Under the pieces are notes generated by a model. It was given only the letters and a program-made list of their open reading frames with translations. It ran no database searches and was not told the DNA's origin. A program made the translations under genes and the position numbers. Source: an uncultured Alphaproteobacteria bacterium (GTDB taxonomy: Bacteria > Pseudomonadota > Alphaproteobacteria > CAAHEQ01 > UBA3637). Taken from it: 64,000 nucleotides of DNA. Location of the stretch: the NCBI GenBank assembly GCA_944392785.1, contig CALXXW010000025.1, positions 43,264 through 107,263 of the forward strand, written 5' to 3'. This document shows positions 1-8,486 of this stretch, piece by piece. The number at the start of each line of letters is the position of its first letter. Position 1 is the first letter of the stretch.

Positions 1-293
1 AAAAAGAAGAGCCGCGTATTCCTTTCGGAGATGTATTGGCCAGTGGTTTGTTGAAAGTCGGCGCACGCCTCTATAGCCCCAAACAAAAGGTCTGTGCCAG
101 AGTTCGGGCGGACGGAAGTCTTGTTGCAGAAGAGGGAAGTGGGTCCATTCATCAATTAGGAGCCAAACTTCAAAAAACAAAATCTTGCAACGGATGGCTT
201 TACTGGTCGTATCAGGATCGAAAAACGCGGCGGTTTATGTTAATTGATACACTGCGGCAACAACTTAAAACACAAATGGAGAAAGAAAAATGA
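1..293 (+). CDS. ccrM: CcrM-like N6-adenine DNA methyltransferase, C-terminal fragment (5' end upstream of window)
   Basis: The frame is open from the window edge to the stop at 291-293. The tail (EPRIPFGDVLASGLLKVG...GSIHQLGAKLQKTKSCNGWLYW) resembles the conserved C-terminal segment of alphaproteobacterial CcrM-type methylases. Confidence 0.6.
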   Translation, partial: KEEPRIPFGDVLASGLLKVGARLYSPKQKVCARVRADGSLVAEEGSGSIHQLGAKLQKTKSCNGWLYWSYQDRKTRRFMLIDTLRQQLKTQMEKEK

Positions 294-907
294 AGAAAAT
301 GTATATCATGTTTTTAGGCATGGGCTTATTGGCAGGCTGTGCGGCGACGCATCAAACAGAGGAAGCCGGACAAAGCATCCCCTCTCAGAAGGAAATTCCC
401 TCGGTTGAAATTGTGCCGGAACCCACTCTTGTCAAGCCGGTTGAGTCGGTCAAGTCGGTCGAGTCGACAGTCTCTCAAACACCGTTAGAACAGCATGCTC
501 AGAAACTGGAAGAAATCCTCAAAGATACAGAGGGAGAAGTCAAAGTATCGGAAGATCAGATTCGATTGATTTTGGCCGGTCGTCGGGTTTTTTCTATTAA
601 TCAGGCAAGTATTAAACCCAGTTTTCAGCCCATTTTAGCCAGAATAGCTTTAGAGTTGAAATCTTATGATAAAACAATGATTCAGATAGTCGGCTATACG
701 GATAATAAGGGGAATGACGAATCGAATGTCGCATTATCTTTACGTCAGGCGGAAGCCGTTTCGGCATTTTTGCAGCAACAAGGCGTTTCCCAGAATCGGA
801 TATTGACGGATGGTCTTGGTTCGGAAAATCCGTTAGTCTCTAATGCAACCTCTGCCGGCCGCGAGAAAAATCGGCGTATAGAAATCACATTGATCAACCT
901 GCAATAA
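290..907 (+). CDS. OmpA-family peptidoglycan-associated lipoprotein
   Basis: Signal peptide with lipobox LLAGC. C-terminal OmpA_C-like domain (IVGYTDNKGNDESNVALSLRQAEAV...NRRIEITL). The ATGA start overlaps the upstream stop. Confidence 0.8.
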   Translation: MKKMYIMFLGMGLLAGCAATHQTEEAGQSIPSQKEIPSVEIVPEPTLVKPVESVKSVESTVSQTPLEQHAQKLEEILKDTEGEVKVSEDQIRLILAGRRVFSINQASIKPSFQPILARIALELKSYDKTMIQIVGYTDNKGNDESNVALSLRQAEAVSAFLQQQGVSQNRILTDGLGSENPLVSNATSAGREKNRRIEITLINLQ

Positions 908-916
908 GCCGAGTGT

Positions 917-1612
917 ATGATGCAACAGCAGTTTAATAATCGTCCGCTTAAGAATCGTTTAAAAAAGGTCAGAGGACGTCGAGCTTCAAGCACAAAATGG
1001 TTGCAGCGTCAGATCAATGATCCGTATGTGGCGGAGGCTCATCGTTTGGGTTATCGAGGACGAGCGGCGTTTAAAATTATCCAGTTGGATAATCAATTCC
1101 ACTTTTTTAAAGCGGGTAAGCGTGTCGTTGATTTAGGATGTGCGCCCGGCGGATGGTCTCAGGTTGCGGTTCATAAAGTGAAATCAACTCCGGAAAATCC
1201 TCTGGTAATAGGCATGGACTTGCTGCCGACAAACCCGATTCCGGGAGCTGAGTTTGTCCAAATGGATTTTACGGTCGAAGAAGCGCCGGAACGTTTAAAA
1301 GCGATGATGGGTGGACATGCGGCCGATATCGTGATGTCGGATATGGCATCAAATACAACAGGAAATCACGGTGTGGATCATCTTCGAATTATGGGATTGT
1401 TGGAGGCAGCTTACGCTTTTGCCGTTCGGGTTTTGGCGCCTGATGGAGTTTTTATCGCCAAAATTTTTCAGGGCGGTACCGAAAATGCTTTCTTGGCGCA
1501 GATGAAACGGGATTTTCAGGTCGTCAAACATGCTAAACCGGACGCCAGTCGGAAAGACTCGTCCGAGTTCTATGTGGTGGCTTTGGGATTTAAAGGTGGA
1601 CAAATCGTATGA
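917..1612 (+). CDS. rlmE: 23S rRNA U2552 2'-O-methyltransferase RlmE/FtsJ
   Basis: SSTKWLQRQINDPYV at the N-terminus, the SAM motif VVDLGCAPGGWSQV, and FtsJ-typical length (231 aa). Confidence 0.9.
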   Translation: MMQQQFNNRPLKNRLKKVRGRRASSTKWLQRQINDPYVAEAHRLGYRGRAAFKIIQLDNQFHFFKAGKRVVDLGCAPGGWSQVAVHKVKSTPENPLVIGMDLLPTNPIPGAEFVQMDFTVEEAPERLKAMMGGHAADIVMSDMASNTTGNHGVDHLRIMGLLEAAYAFAVRVLAPDGVFIAKIFQGGTENAFLAQMKRDFQVVKHAKPDASRKDSSEFYVVALGFKGGQIV

Positions 1613-2712
1613 GACCAGAAGGGATTGTCAAAGCCGTACAAGAGGTGTTGAGTGAGATTTTAAACTCTTCTCGTCCGGCAAATGAAATTTTGAATGCCTA
1701 CACGCGGTCCAGACGGTATATCGGGGCTAAAGACAGAAAGCAGATTGCTGAGCAAGTATGGTCTTATATACGCCATCGTCGACGTTTAGACTATTTATAT
1801 CCCAACACATCAACGGCGGCCAAACTGTCATTCCTTAAATTGGGATTGCCGGATCCATTACCGGCGGACATGCCTTTACCTGTTCAATGGGAAGTACCGG
1901 ATTGGTTGGTGGATAAGATAGAGCATCCGGAAATGGAGTTGCCGGCCTTATTAATGTCACCCCCCATCGTCTTGCGCGCCAACGGAGATCGGGATAAAAT
2001 TCAACAGTATTTGTCCGAAGAAGGTTTAGAAACAGATAAGACAAAATTATCACCGTTAGGATTGATTTTAAAAAAGCGAGTGTCCTTGAACACATCGGAA
2101 AGTTATCGACAGGGGTTGGTTGAGATTCAAGATGAAGGCTCACAGTTAGTGGCCTTAGAAACACATATTCAACCGGATGAACGTGTGTTGGATTATTGTG
2201 CGGGAGCCGGCGGAAAGTCGTTGATTTTTGCTCAGATGATGCACAATAAAGGGGAAATTATTGCCCATGATATTTCAAAGCGTCGCTTGGCGGAGCTTGA
2301 AAAAAGAGCTCTCAGAGCCGGTGCTCGGGTCATTCATACGAAAAGTCCGTTAGCCTCTGAGGATGAAGGTGCATTTACGCATGTTGTCGTTGATGCGCCT
2401 TGCTCCGGAGTCGGTACATGGCGGCGATGTCCGGATGCGCGTTGGAAGCTGACGATGGAACAACTGAATCAGCTGTTGAAAACGCAGGCGGATATTTTAG
2501 ATAAAGCCGTCGCATATGTGGCTTTCGGTGGACGCTTAAGTTATATGACCTGTTCTTTGTTGGCGTGTGAAAATACGGATCAAGTGGTGGCTTTTTTGAA
2601 GCGTCATCCGGATTTTTCGCTGTTGCGTCAGCGCCAGTTTTCACCGGCGCTGAGCGGAACGGATGGTCTTTTTGTTGCCGTTTTGGAACGGACTTCTTCA
2701 AAAAAGACCTAA
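1609..2712 (+). CDS. RsmB/NOL1/NOP2/Sun-family RNA m5C methyltransferase
   Basis: SAM motif DYCAGAGGKS and catalytic Cys motifs DAPCSGVGTWRRCPD and YMTCSL. The start overlaps the rlmE stop. Confidence 0.8.
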   Translation: MRPEGIVKAVQEVLSEILNSSRPANEILNAYTRSRRYIGAKDRKQIAEQVWSYIRHRRRLDYLYPNTSTAAKLSFLKLGLPDPLPADMPLPVQWEVPDWLVDKIEHPEMELPALLMSPPIVLRANGDRDKIQQYLSEEGLETDKTKLSPLGLILKKRVSLNTSESYRQGLVEIQDEGSQLVALETHIQPDERVLDYCAGAGGKSLIFAQMMHNKGEIIAHDISKRRLAELEKRALRAGARVIHTKSPLASEDEGAFTHVVVDAPCSGVGTWRRCPDARWKLTMEQLNQLLKTQADILDKAVAYVAFGGRLSYMTCSLLACENTDQVVAFLKRHPDFSLLRQRQFSPALSGTDGLFVAVLERTSSKKT

Positions 2713-2888
2713 GCGGTTTTGGCATTGCCGATGTTTAATGCCAGAACGTTAAGAACGGATTTAATTTTAGATAAAATCAGATCGTCTTTTGTCGTCGGTG
2801 TCAAGGCTGCCAAAGCACTGGCTCCGGCGATGATAGATGAAATGGCGACTAAAATATCGCTGATGTGCGTCATGATAAATGAAAACAT
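2709..2888 (-). CDS. Small membrane protein, holin-like candidate (59 aa; below the ORF-track size cutoff)
   Basis: Hand translation gives MFSFIMTHISDILVAISSIIAGASALAALTPTTKDDLILSKIKSVLNVLALNIGNAKTA. A GGAGA RBS lies 6 nt upstream. It has one hydrophobic helix followed by a charged tail. It is the last gene of the lysis cassette, and its stop overlaps the rsmB-like stop convergently. Confidence 0.5.
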   Translation of the reverse strand: MFSFIMTHISDILVAISSIIAGASALAALTPTTKDDLILSKIKSVLNVLALNIGNAKTA

Positions 2889-2910
2889 ATATTTCTCCTT
2901 TCTGTTAACG

Positions 2911-3216
2911 TTATTTCAAAATTAAGTTTAAAAGAGCCGCACAAATGGCTGCTCCGGTTGAGACGGCAATCACGTTGATGATGGATTTGATGGGCGCAAT
3001 TTCAACACGCGGCACGAATTCGCGTCTTAAATTTTCATGAAAAACCTGACACGAAGCCTTTGGTTGAACCGTTCCCATAAAATTAATCAATTCGGTGTGC
3101 ACATCTGTAATTTGTGTTTTGGCTAAACATACTTCTTTTTTGATGTCGACCAGTTGTTTTTGCAGGGTATCGACTAAGGCCATCAATTTACCCAGCTCCA
3201 TAGAAATGGTTGCCAT
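2911..3216 (-). CDS. Coiled-coil protein with C-terminal transmembrane anchor (lysis accessory: holin/spanin-like candidate)
   Basis: Start trimmed to MATISMELGKL, which follows an AAGGAGAA RBS. The N-terminus is helical (LVDTLQKQLVDIKKEV) and the C-terminus is hydrophobic (IINVIAVSTGAAICAALLNLIL). It sits directly downstream of the endolysin. Confidence 0.5.
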   Translation of the reverse strand: MATISMELGKLMALVDTLQKQLVDIKKEVCLAKTQITDVHTELINFMGTVQPKASCQVFHENLRREFVPRVEIAPIKSIINVIAVSTGAAICAALLNLILK

Positions 3217-3238
3217 ATTTTTCTCCTTTTGTGAAGTG

Positions 3239-3652
3239 TTAATAGGTTGCATAAAAGAGTCGATTCCCAATCTCGGCCGAGGGAACTAAGGTCGTCGACC
3301 AAGCGGGATTATCGTCTAAGTCGTGATAAGAGGTGGCGCCGTTCGTTGGGTCGGACAAAAAGCCATTCATCGCTCTTTGAGCAACGCGCAGAGCCATTTG
3401 GAAAACTGAACTATCCCATGGAGGATTTATCAGTTCTTCCATCTGTGATACGGCAGGATTCCAGCATTTGAATTGAAAAGGCTTGAGGCAAATTTCCGAT
3501 AGCGTGTTTCCCCACCAGAAATCACCCTTTCTTTTCGCATGGTTAAGTCGATTCATAATGACGGAGGCAACGGCTTCCATACCTTTTAACCCCTCATGCT
3601 GCGCTTCACCAAAAAGCGTTTTGGCAAAAATAAGTAGATCATCAGTCATCAT
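3239..3652 (-). CDS. SleB-type cell wall hydrolase (phage endolysin)
   Basis: Hydrolase_2/SleB-like pattern LFGEAQHEGLKGMEAVASVIMNRL...FQFKCWNP...YH. The start overlaps the terminase stop. Confidence 0.8.
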   Translation of the reverse strand: MMTDDLLIFAKTLFGEAQHEGLKGMEAVASVIMNRLNHAKRKGDFWWGNTLSEICLKPFQFKCWNPAVSQMEELINPPWDSSVFQMALRVAQRAMNGFLSDPTNGATSYHDLDDNPAWSTTLVPSAEIGNRLFYATY

Positions 3653-5115
3653 ATTCTTCTCCAGTCCAGACGTCTTTGCGGATAAGGCGGTCGTTGTCCC
3701 AAGCGTATCGGTTCAACCGTTAGGCAGCCGGCAACAGCGTCCAATCCATCGTCATGCGTATGTGTATTAGCGGGATTAAAGTCCCTCAATTCGGTTAGAA
3801 AAGGTGTCTTTTTCACGGATTCATGAACAAATAGGGCTCCATTCATCAACGGCGGTTCTAGAGCGGCCAGAATGCGCGTGTTTTTATGGCTGCGAGCTGT
3901 TTCCTCGATGACGGCACAGGCGATTCCGGATCGTGCAAGCTCTTGGCGTAATAATGCCGGTAAGAATTTACCGATACCATTGGTCTCTAAATGGACCGCC
4001 GGCAAAAATAAATCGCGGACAAATGTCGCAACGGTTTGGCATTGATAGGCGGTTGCTTCTTGAGCCGGAGGTACGGTCATATACAGCAGACGGTGAATAA
4101 AGGCGTTGCCTGTCTCATCAAAAAAGACGCATGCAATAACACTTTTATCTCCGTTGAGGGCACCGAAAGCCGGATCCCACCAACAAGCCGCTCCACACAG
4201 TCGGTGCCCGGCGAGTTTGAGAACAGCCGTATTGTTGGCTTCCGTATAACACAGTTCGTCCGAGTAAAATCGCAGACGTTGTGCTTCCAGACGAGAGCTT
4301 TCCGGCGGTACGGCTTGCAGCATCATTTGACTGGCAAATTTGGTGGGCCCCGATCGTTTTTCAAGAGCTTGGATTTTAGCTAAATCAAAACGTTCCGGCC
4401 AGGCAGATTGTCCGTTTTGTGTCAATAAAGGAATTTTTAATACGGGCCAATGTTTCAAAAATCCGCTTGATGACGTATCATAAATTGTTTCATAGGTGTG
4501 AGGTGTCCCTACATATAAAGTCATGCCGCCCGGCGTTAAAATATAATCCAGCTCACTGAGCTTTCGGCGCAATTCAATCCGTTTATGAGACGTATCACAT
4601 GTTTTGGGAACCTCGACATCATCACAGATAATGACATCGGCACGACAACCTGTCATGTTGGCCATCAAGCCGCGCGCCAATACAGAGGGGTCTCGAAAAC
4701 CGGAACGGCGCACCACAGTAAAGCGATCAGAAGCCCACTCTTCACTTTTTGTTGGTTTCAATAAGTGCGTTAAAGGATGTGTTTCAATGATACGCTTCAT
4801 GTGGGTCGCCATTTTTTTGGCCAAGCTATGGTCTGCCGATAAAATTAACAAACGACATTCCGGGTTTTGCCATAGAATCCAAGCCCCGAACAGGCCGACC
4901 AATGTTGATTTCCCCGAGTTTCGAAAAGCCATCATCAGGGCATTTTTTTCTTCGGCTTGCCAACATTTTTCCAGGAAACGACACATGCGTTTGTGGTGAC
5001 GAGGCAAATGAAGCCCGGAAATTTCATCCCAAATCCAAACAAACTCTGTCAGAGAAAGAATCGGTTGTGCTGTCGGGCTCAAAGCCGGTGTTTTCGATAC
5101 TGTCATCGGGGTCAT
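3649..5115 (-). CDS. Phage terminase large subunit
   Basis: Walker A (FRNSGKSTL), Walker B (ADVIICDDVEV) and a C-terminal RNaseH-like nuclease region (ACWWDPAF...HDDGLDA). It lies last among the structural genes, as in T7-like genomes. The alternative start ATG at 5106 has better GGAGG spacing. Confidence 0.85.
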   Translation of the reverse strand: MTPMTVSKTPALSPTAQPILSLTEFVWIWDEISGLHLPRHHKRMCRFLEKCWQAEEKNALMMAFRNSGKSTLVGLFGAWILWQNPECRLLILSADHSLAKKMATHMKRIIETHPLTHLLKPTKSEEWASDRFTVVRRSGFRDPSVLARGLMANMTGCRADVIICDDVEVPKTCDTSHKRIELRRKLSELDYILTPGGMTLYVGTPHTYETIYDTSSSGFLKHWPVLKIPLLTQNGQSAWPERFDLAKIQALEKRSGPTKFASQMMLQAVPPESSRLEAQRLRFYSDELCYTEANNTAVLKLAGHRLCGAACWWDPAFGALNGDKSVIACVFFDETGNAFIHRLLYMTVPPAQEATAYQCQTVATFVRDLFLPAVHLETNGIGKFLPALLRQELARSGIACAVIEETARSHKNTRILAALEPPLMNGALFVHESVKKTPFLTELRDFNPANTHTHDDGLDAVAGCLTVEPIRLGQRPPYPQRRLDWRRI

Positions 5116-5374
5116 CCTCCAAAAGATAAGGGGCCGCCGCTCGTGCTTTTTGAATCCAATCCTCTAGGCGCGTATCTTGATGAGAAGCATCAAAAGGCTG
5201 TTCCAAACGGATTAACCTTTCCAATAACGCGATATGCGATAGGACGGCTTTACAGGCATTATGAAAAGCTGTAAATCCTTTCGCATCCATGGGGATAGAT
5301 TCTTGCCAGAGAGCGTCATATGTTGCCAAAGCATGTTCCAGGTATGGTTTTAACTTGGCGGATAAATCACACAT
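5024..5374 (-). CDS. Hypothetical phage protein (position compatible with a small terminase subunit)
   Basis: 116-aa ORF immediately upstream of terL, with a helical N-terminus and acidic tail. No motif recognised. It overlaps the terL start by 83-92 nt. Confidence 0.4.
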   Translation of the reverse strand: MCDLSAKLKPYLEHALATYDALWQESIPMDAKGFTAFHNACKAVLSHIALLERLIRLEQPFDASHQDTRLEDWIQKARAAAPYLLEDDPDDSIENTGFEPDSTTDSFSDRVCLDLG

Positions 5375-5393
5375 AGCGGCTCTCCTGTGTCAT

Positions 5394-5870
5394 TTATTTT
5401 AACAATGAACGACTGAGGCCACTTGAAATGTTGTTGAAGGAACTCAACAGATTTTGATTGTTTTGATTGGTCAGGCGCTGAGAGGTCAACAAATTGTTAG
5501 AACGCGTCTTTTCAATACCATTTAATAAGGCTTCTAAAGAGATATTGGCCTGATTCACCAAAAATTTATCGTCTGTATCATAGTCCCGTTGAAGGGCGTC
5601 CAGAACCGCTTGTCCTGTGCCGCTTTGTGAACTGAGACCACTGGCACCTAATTTGGCCTTATAGGCAGATTGTTGTTGTTTTAACAGATTTTTATTTTCT
5701 CGCCTTTCCTCGGCCAGAGTCAGCTGTGCTTGTTGTTTATCAAGTTCATAGGCTTGATTGGCTAAACGATTATTTTCTTTAGTTTGTTTGCGTTGTTCTT
5801 TGTTCCCTTTGTAGGCAAAGAATGCGGATGATGCTGCAGTTATAGCACTGGCAGCTGCTGCGACTTCCAT
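5394..5870 (-). CDS. Q/N-rich coiled-coil virion protein candidate (internal/neck protein-like)
   Basis: Hydrophobic N-terminus (AAAASAITAASSAFFAY) followed by a long coiled coil. It occupies the slot after the nozzle gene, where T7-like phages encode gp13/gp14. The assignment is positional only. Confidence 0.45.
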   Translation of the reverse strand: MEVAAAASAITAASSAFFAYKGNKEQRKQTKENNRLANQAYELDKQQAQLTLAEERRENKNLLKQQQSAYKAKLGASGLSSQSGTGQAVLDALQRDYDTDDKFLVNQANISLEALLNGIEKTRSNNLLTSQRLTNQNNQNLLSSFNNISSGLSRSLLK

Positions 5871-5872
5871 AA

Positions 5873-7792
5873 TTATCCTCCTATTTTTAAATCACTGGTG
5901 ACACTAACAAGTTGAAATTTTTTAGGCATTGAGCTGACAATTCGCCAAACGGGATCTGTCGGGCGTCTTCGCCATCCCAAAGCGCGGACCACAATATCTT
6001 CCGTGCGGGGTGTTAACATGTCATCTAATTGATATGATGCCAAAGGTTGTGTGAGTACCTGAGCAATCCCATTTCCCGTATCGATTTCTAACGATTCGGT
6101 ATCTATGACACGAAAGACTCCTTTGACCAACCGAACGCTGGAAACCGGAGCGGTACCGTTGCTGGAGCCGACCAAGGGTGGCAGTGGTGCTACTTCATGT
6201 GTGTAAGGAAGCCCAACCGTCACCTCTGAGGCGGCTATATCTATATCAATACATCCGTTTTGAATCGTTGTTTCCGGCAGAACGATTTGATCGGCAACAA
6301 TTTTAACCGTTTGATTGTTCAAAATACTCAGCCCGCTAAAGTGCGTTTGAGGCGTTTCCGTTTGTATCTTGAAGGCACAATCGACAAAATATCCCTCCTC
6401 AAAGCACTCCAGAAAAAATCGAGTCCCTCGGCGGATGACAAAGTAAGGTTTTTTACTGGCCATGGCGACCGATAAAAAAGAACCGGCTGTTTTTTGATGA
6501 GTAAAGCTTTGTAAATCTTCCGATCGAAAACTGGTCAACACACATAAATCACCCGTGCTCATGATGATATACGCTTGTCGGCTGTGTTTGTCATAAGCAA
6601 AGTCAATTGGGTTTTGAATCAGGTGTTCGGCCAGCAGAGATAAATCCGTTGCTTGATAGGCATCCTCTAAATCCGAAAACAGGAATTCTCGAATCTCTCG
6701 ACCATTTGCCGAGGCAAAAATAGTCGCACCGTCAATTCCTATCGGCGGGACAAAACGCTCTTCAGTAGAGCCGACCTGCGTTTGTCGTTTCAAAGCGATA
6801 CTGGTCGGTGTTAACGGATCGCCGGTCACCATCCACTCGGCATTTGTTGTGAAGACTTGCAGATGCCGTCCCGCGAACAAAGCGCAAATCACATTGGATT
6901 GATCCGATAGAATGCTGAAATCAATCCCTTCGCTGTCATAGCCGTCTCCTAGTTCAAAATTACTTAAATCACCGCTTTGGCTGAACCATAAATTATTGGG
7001 TAATTTTTTACTGCCGCCGAAAACCAAGCGTGACTGGTAAAAGGCGACACAAATCGGCCAACCATGCTCGTCGGAAAAAGTAGGCTCTCCCCAGACACGG
7101 GTCGGTTCTAAAGAAGGGTTTCCTTCGGTGTCGGTTAACAGCACTTTCTTGACGGTTGCTTTGGCACTGGTTGCCGAGACAATTTCATCTATAACAACAT
7201 AACCGGCGGCAAGTTTGAATGTTTTTCCGACATCACTGTCCGTAAAAACATCTGCCGAAGCCGTTAAGGTGACGCTACCCGTAATACCCGAACTGGCCAA
7301 CGTAATGTGGTCGGCACAGTATTTGTGATAAGGTTGTAAGACGATATCTCCCTCTTTTAAAAACTCAAAGTTTGTCAGCGTCCAGGTTCCTTCTTGTTGA
7401 CTGAGCTTTTGCGGACATGTATCCGGATGTGTCAAGAATAAATAGTCAGAACCTTGACACCAACGTACTTGATGAATTTGTGAAGTTGTCCAAGGTGTTT
7501 GTAAAGTCGTTATTTCTATTTCGTCTTTATAAATACGCATCAGCTTGTTTTGCAGCAAAATCAAATAGGATTTAGAACCGCTTTGTTCATAAGAAATTAA
7601 CCGTCCTTCACTGTTTAACTCCGCAACAAATTTTAATCCCGGGCGGCGATGAACACCTCCCGTCGGCTCAATAAAGACATTTGTCAAAGTAAGTGCCCCG
7701 TTGGCATAACTCGTCAAGTCAACACGTCCCAAAAGGTCATGAGATAACTCCCCTCCGGAAAAGTTGGTTTTTTGTGTAAATAAGCTGCTCAT
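5873..7792 (-). CDS. Tail tubular protein B / nozzle (T7 gp12-like)
   Basis: The N-terminus (LFTQKTNFSGGELSHDLLGRVDLTSYANGA...GGVHRRPGL) parallels T7 gp12 (ISQSIKNLKGGISQQPDILRYPDQGS...EGLQKRPPL). Size (639 aa) and position after the adaptor gene fit. Confidence 0.65.
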   Translation of the reverse strand: MSSLFTQKTNFSGGELSHDLLGRVDLTSYANGALTLTNVFIEPTGGVHRRPGLKFVAELNSEGRLISYEQSGSKSYLILLQNKLMRIYKDEIEITTLQTPWTTSQIHQVRWCQGSDYLFLTHPDTCPQKLSQQEGTWTLTNFEFLKEGDIVLQPYHKYCADHITLASSGITGSVTLTASADVFTDSDVGKTFKLAAGYVVIDEIVSATSAKATVKKVLLTDTEGNPSLEPTRVWGEPTFSDEHGWPICVAFYQSRLVFGGSKKLPNNLWFSQSGDLSNFELGDGYDSEGIDFSILSDQSNVICALFAGRHLQVFTTNAEWMVTGDPLTPTSIALKRQTQVGSTEERFVPPIGIDGATIFASANGREIREFLFSDLEDAYQATDLSLLAEHLIQNPIDFAYDKHSRQAYIIMSTGDLCVLTSFRSEDLQSFTHQKTAGSFLSVAMASKKPYFVIRRGTRFFLECFEEGYFVDCAFKIQTETPQTHFSGLSILNNQTVKIVADQIVLPETTIQNGCIDIDIAASEVTVGLPYTHEVAPLPPLVGSSNGTAPVSSVRLVKGVFRVIDTESLEIDTGNGIAQVLTQPLASYQLDDMLTPRTEDIVVRALGWRRRPTDPVWRIVSSMPKKFQLVSVTSDLKIGG

Positions 7793-8358
7793 CCGCGTAC
7801 CTCAATCAAGGAAAAGTCCTGAAACGCCGGCGGTACGGCCTGTTGACTGTCAACGAGGCGCGCTTGAGCGATTTCCGTATCGGCGATTTTGCATAAAAAT
7901 TCGGTGCGTGAGGTGCTTTCCGTCAAAGGCAGGCAGAATTCGGCGGCCAATTTGGCAACCAAAGCCTGCACAAAAAACGCCGGAAAAGATTCTTCACTCG
8001 GTCGCGCAATATAAGTCAAAATAACATGGTCACTGTCGGTATGGAGTTGTTGTTTGTGAATGCGATAGGAAAGTCCGGAACCTTTTAAACAATGTCCGGC
8101 CGAAATAATGCGCACGCAATCATTAGGTAAAGCGTATGCATATTTGAAATCGGCCGTTGGGTTAACGGCTAAGCGATTGAGTCGAACCTGCGTCAGAGCA
8201 AAGCGCCATGGATAGGCCGCCAGTAATCCGTCAACCGTCAAATCATAAAGCTGATCGGCAATATGTGCTTCGGCGGTTTCTTCCTCAAAAGATGAAATGC
8301 TTTGAGCTCCCAGTTTGATAAGCGCTCGAGAGCAAAGGCCTGTAGCTGTCATGGTCAT
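7789..8358 (-). CDS. Tail tubular protein A / head-tail adaptor (T7 gp11-like)
   Basis: Start trimmed to MTMTATG, which follows an AAGGAG RBS. Its 189 aa compare with 196 aa for T7 gp11. The N-terminal pattern (CSRALIKLGAQSISSFEE) resembles gp11 (VNDILASIGEPPVSTLEG). It overlaps the nozzle gene start. Confidence 0.55.
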   Translation of the reverse strand: MTMTATGLCSRALIKLGAQSISSFEEETAEAHIADQLYDLTVDGLLAAYPWRFALTQVRLNRLAVNPTADFKYAYALPNDCVRIISAGHCLKGSGLSYRIHKQQLHTDSDHVILTYIARPSEESFPAFFVQALVAKLAAEFCLPLTESTSRTEFLCKIADTEIAQARLVDSQQAVPPAFQDFSLIEVRG

Positions 8359-8378
8359 GATAAACTCCTTTTGATGAT

Positions 8379-8441
8379 AAAAACAAATTGCCACCCCTCT
8401 TTGGAAAGGGAAGGGATGCATGAAACAAGAGAGGTGGCAAT
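8379..8441 (-). terminator. Hairpin plus T-run immediately after the capsid gene (attenuator/terminator)
   Basis: The arms at 8387-8401 and 8427-8441 form a 15-bp stem. The single non-Watson-Crick position is G-U on the minus-strand RNA but C-A on the plus strand. TTGTTTTT follows on the minus strand. Confidence 0.5.
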
Positions 8442-8486
8442 TCAAAAAGATTCGGAATTGTCTTTATTCAGACAAAAACCGAATCA

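Noticed and set aside
2719-2925. 68-aa plus-strand ORF between the rsmB-like gene and the lysis genes
   Set aside because: It has no RBS and lies antisense to a better-supported 59-aa minus-strand gene (2709-2888) that has a GGAGA RBS, a TM helix and operon context.
8359-8445. N-terminal extension (MNCHLSCFMHPFPFQRG...) of the adaptor ORF
   Set aside because: It spans the 15-bp terminator hairpin. The ATG at 8358 has an AAGGAG RBS and gives a gp11-like length.
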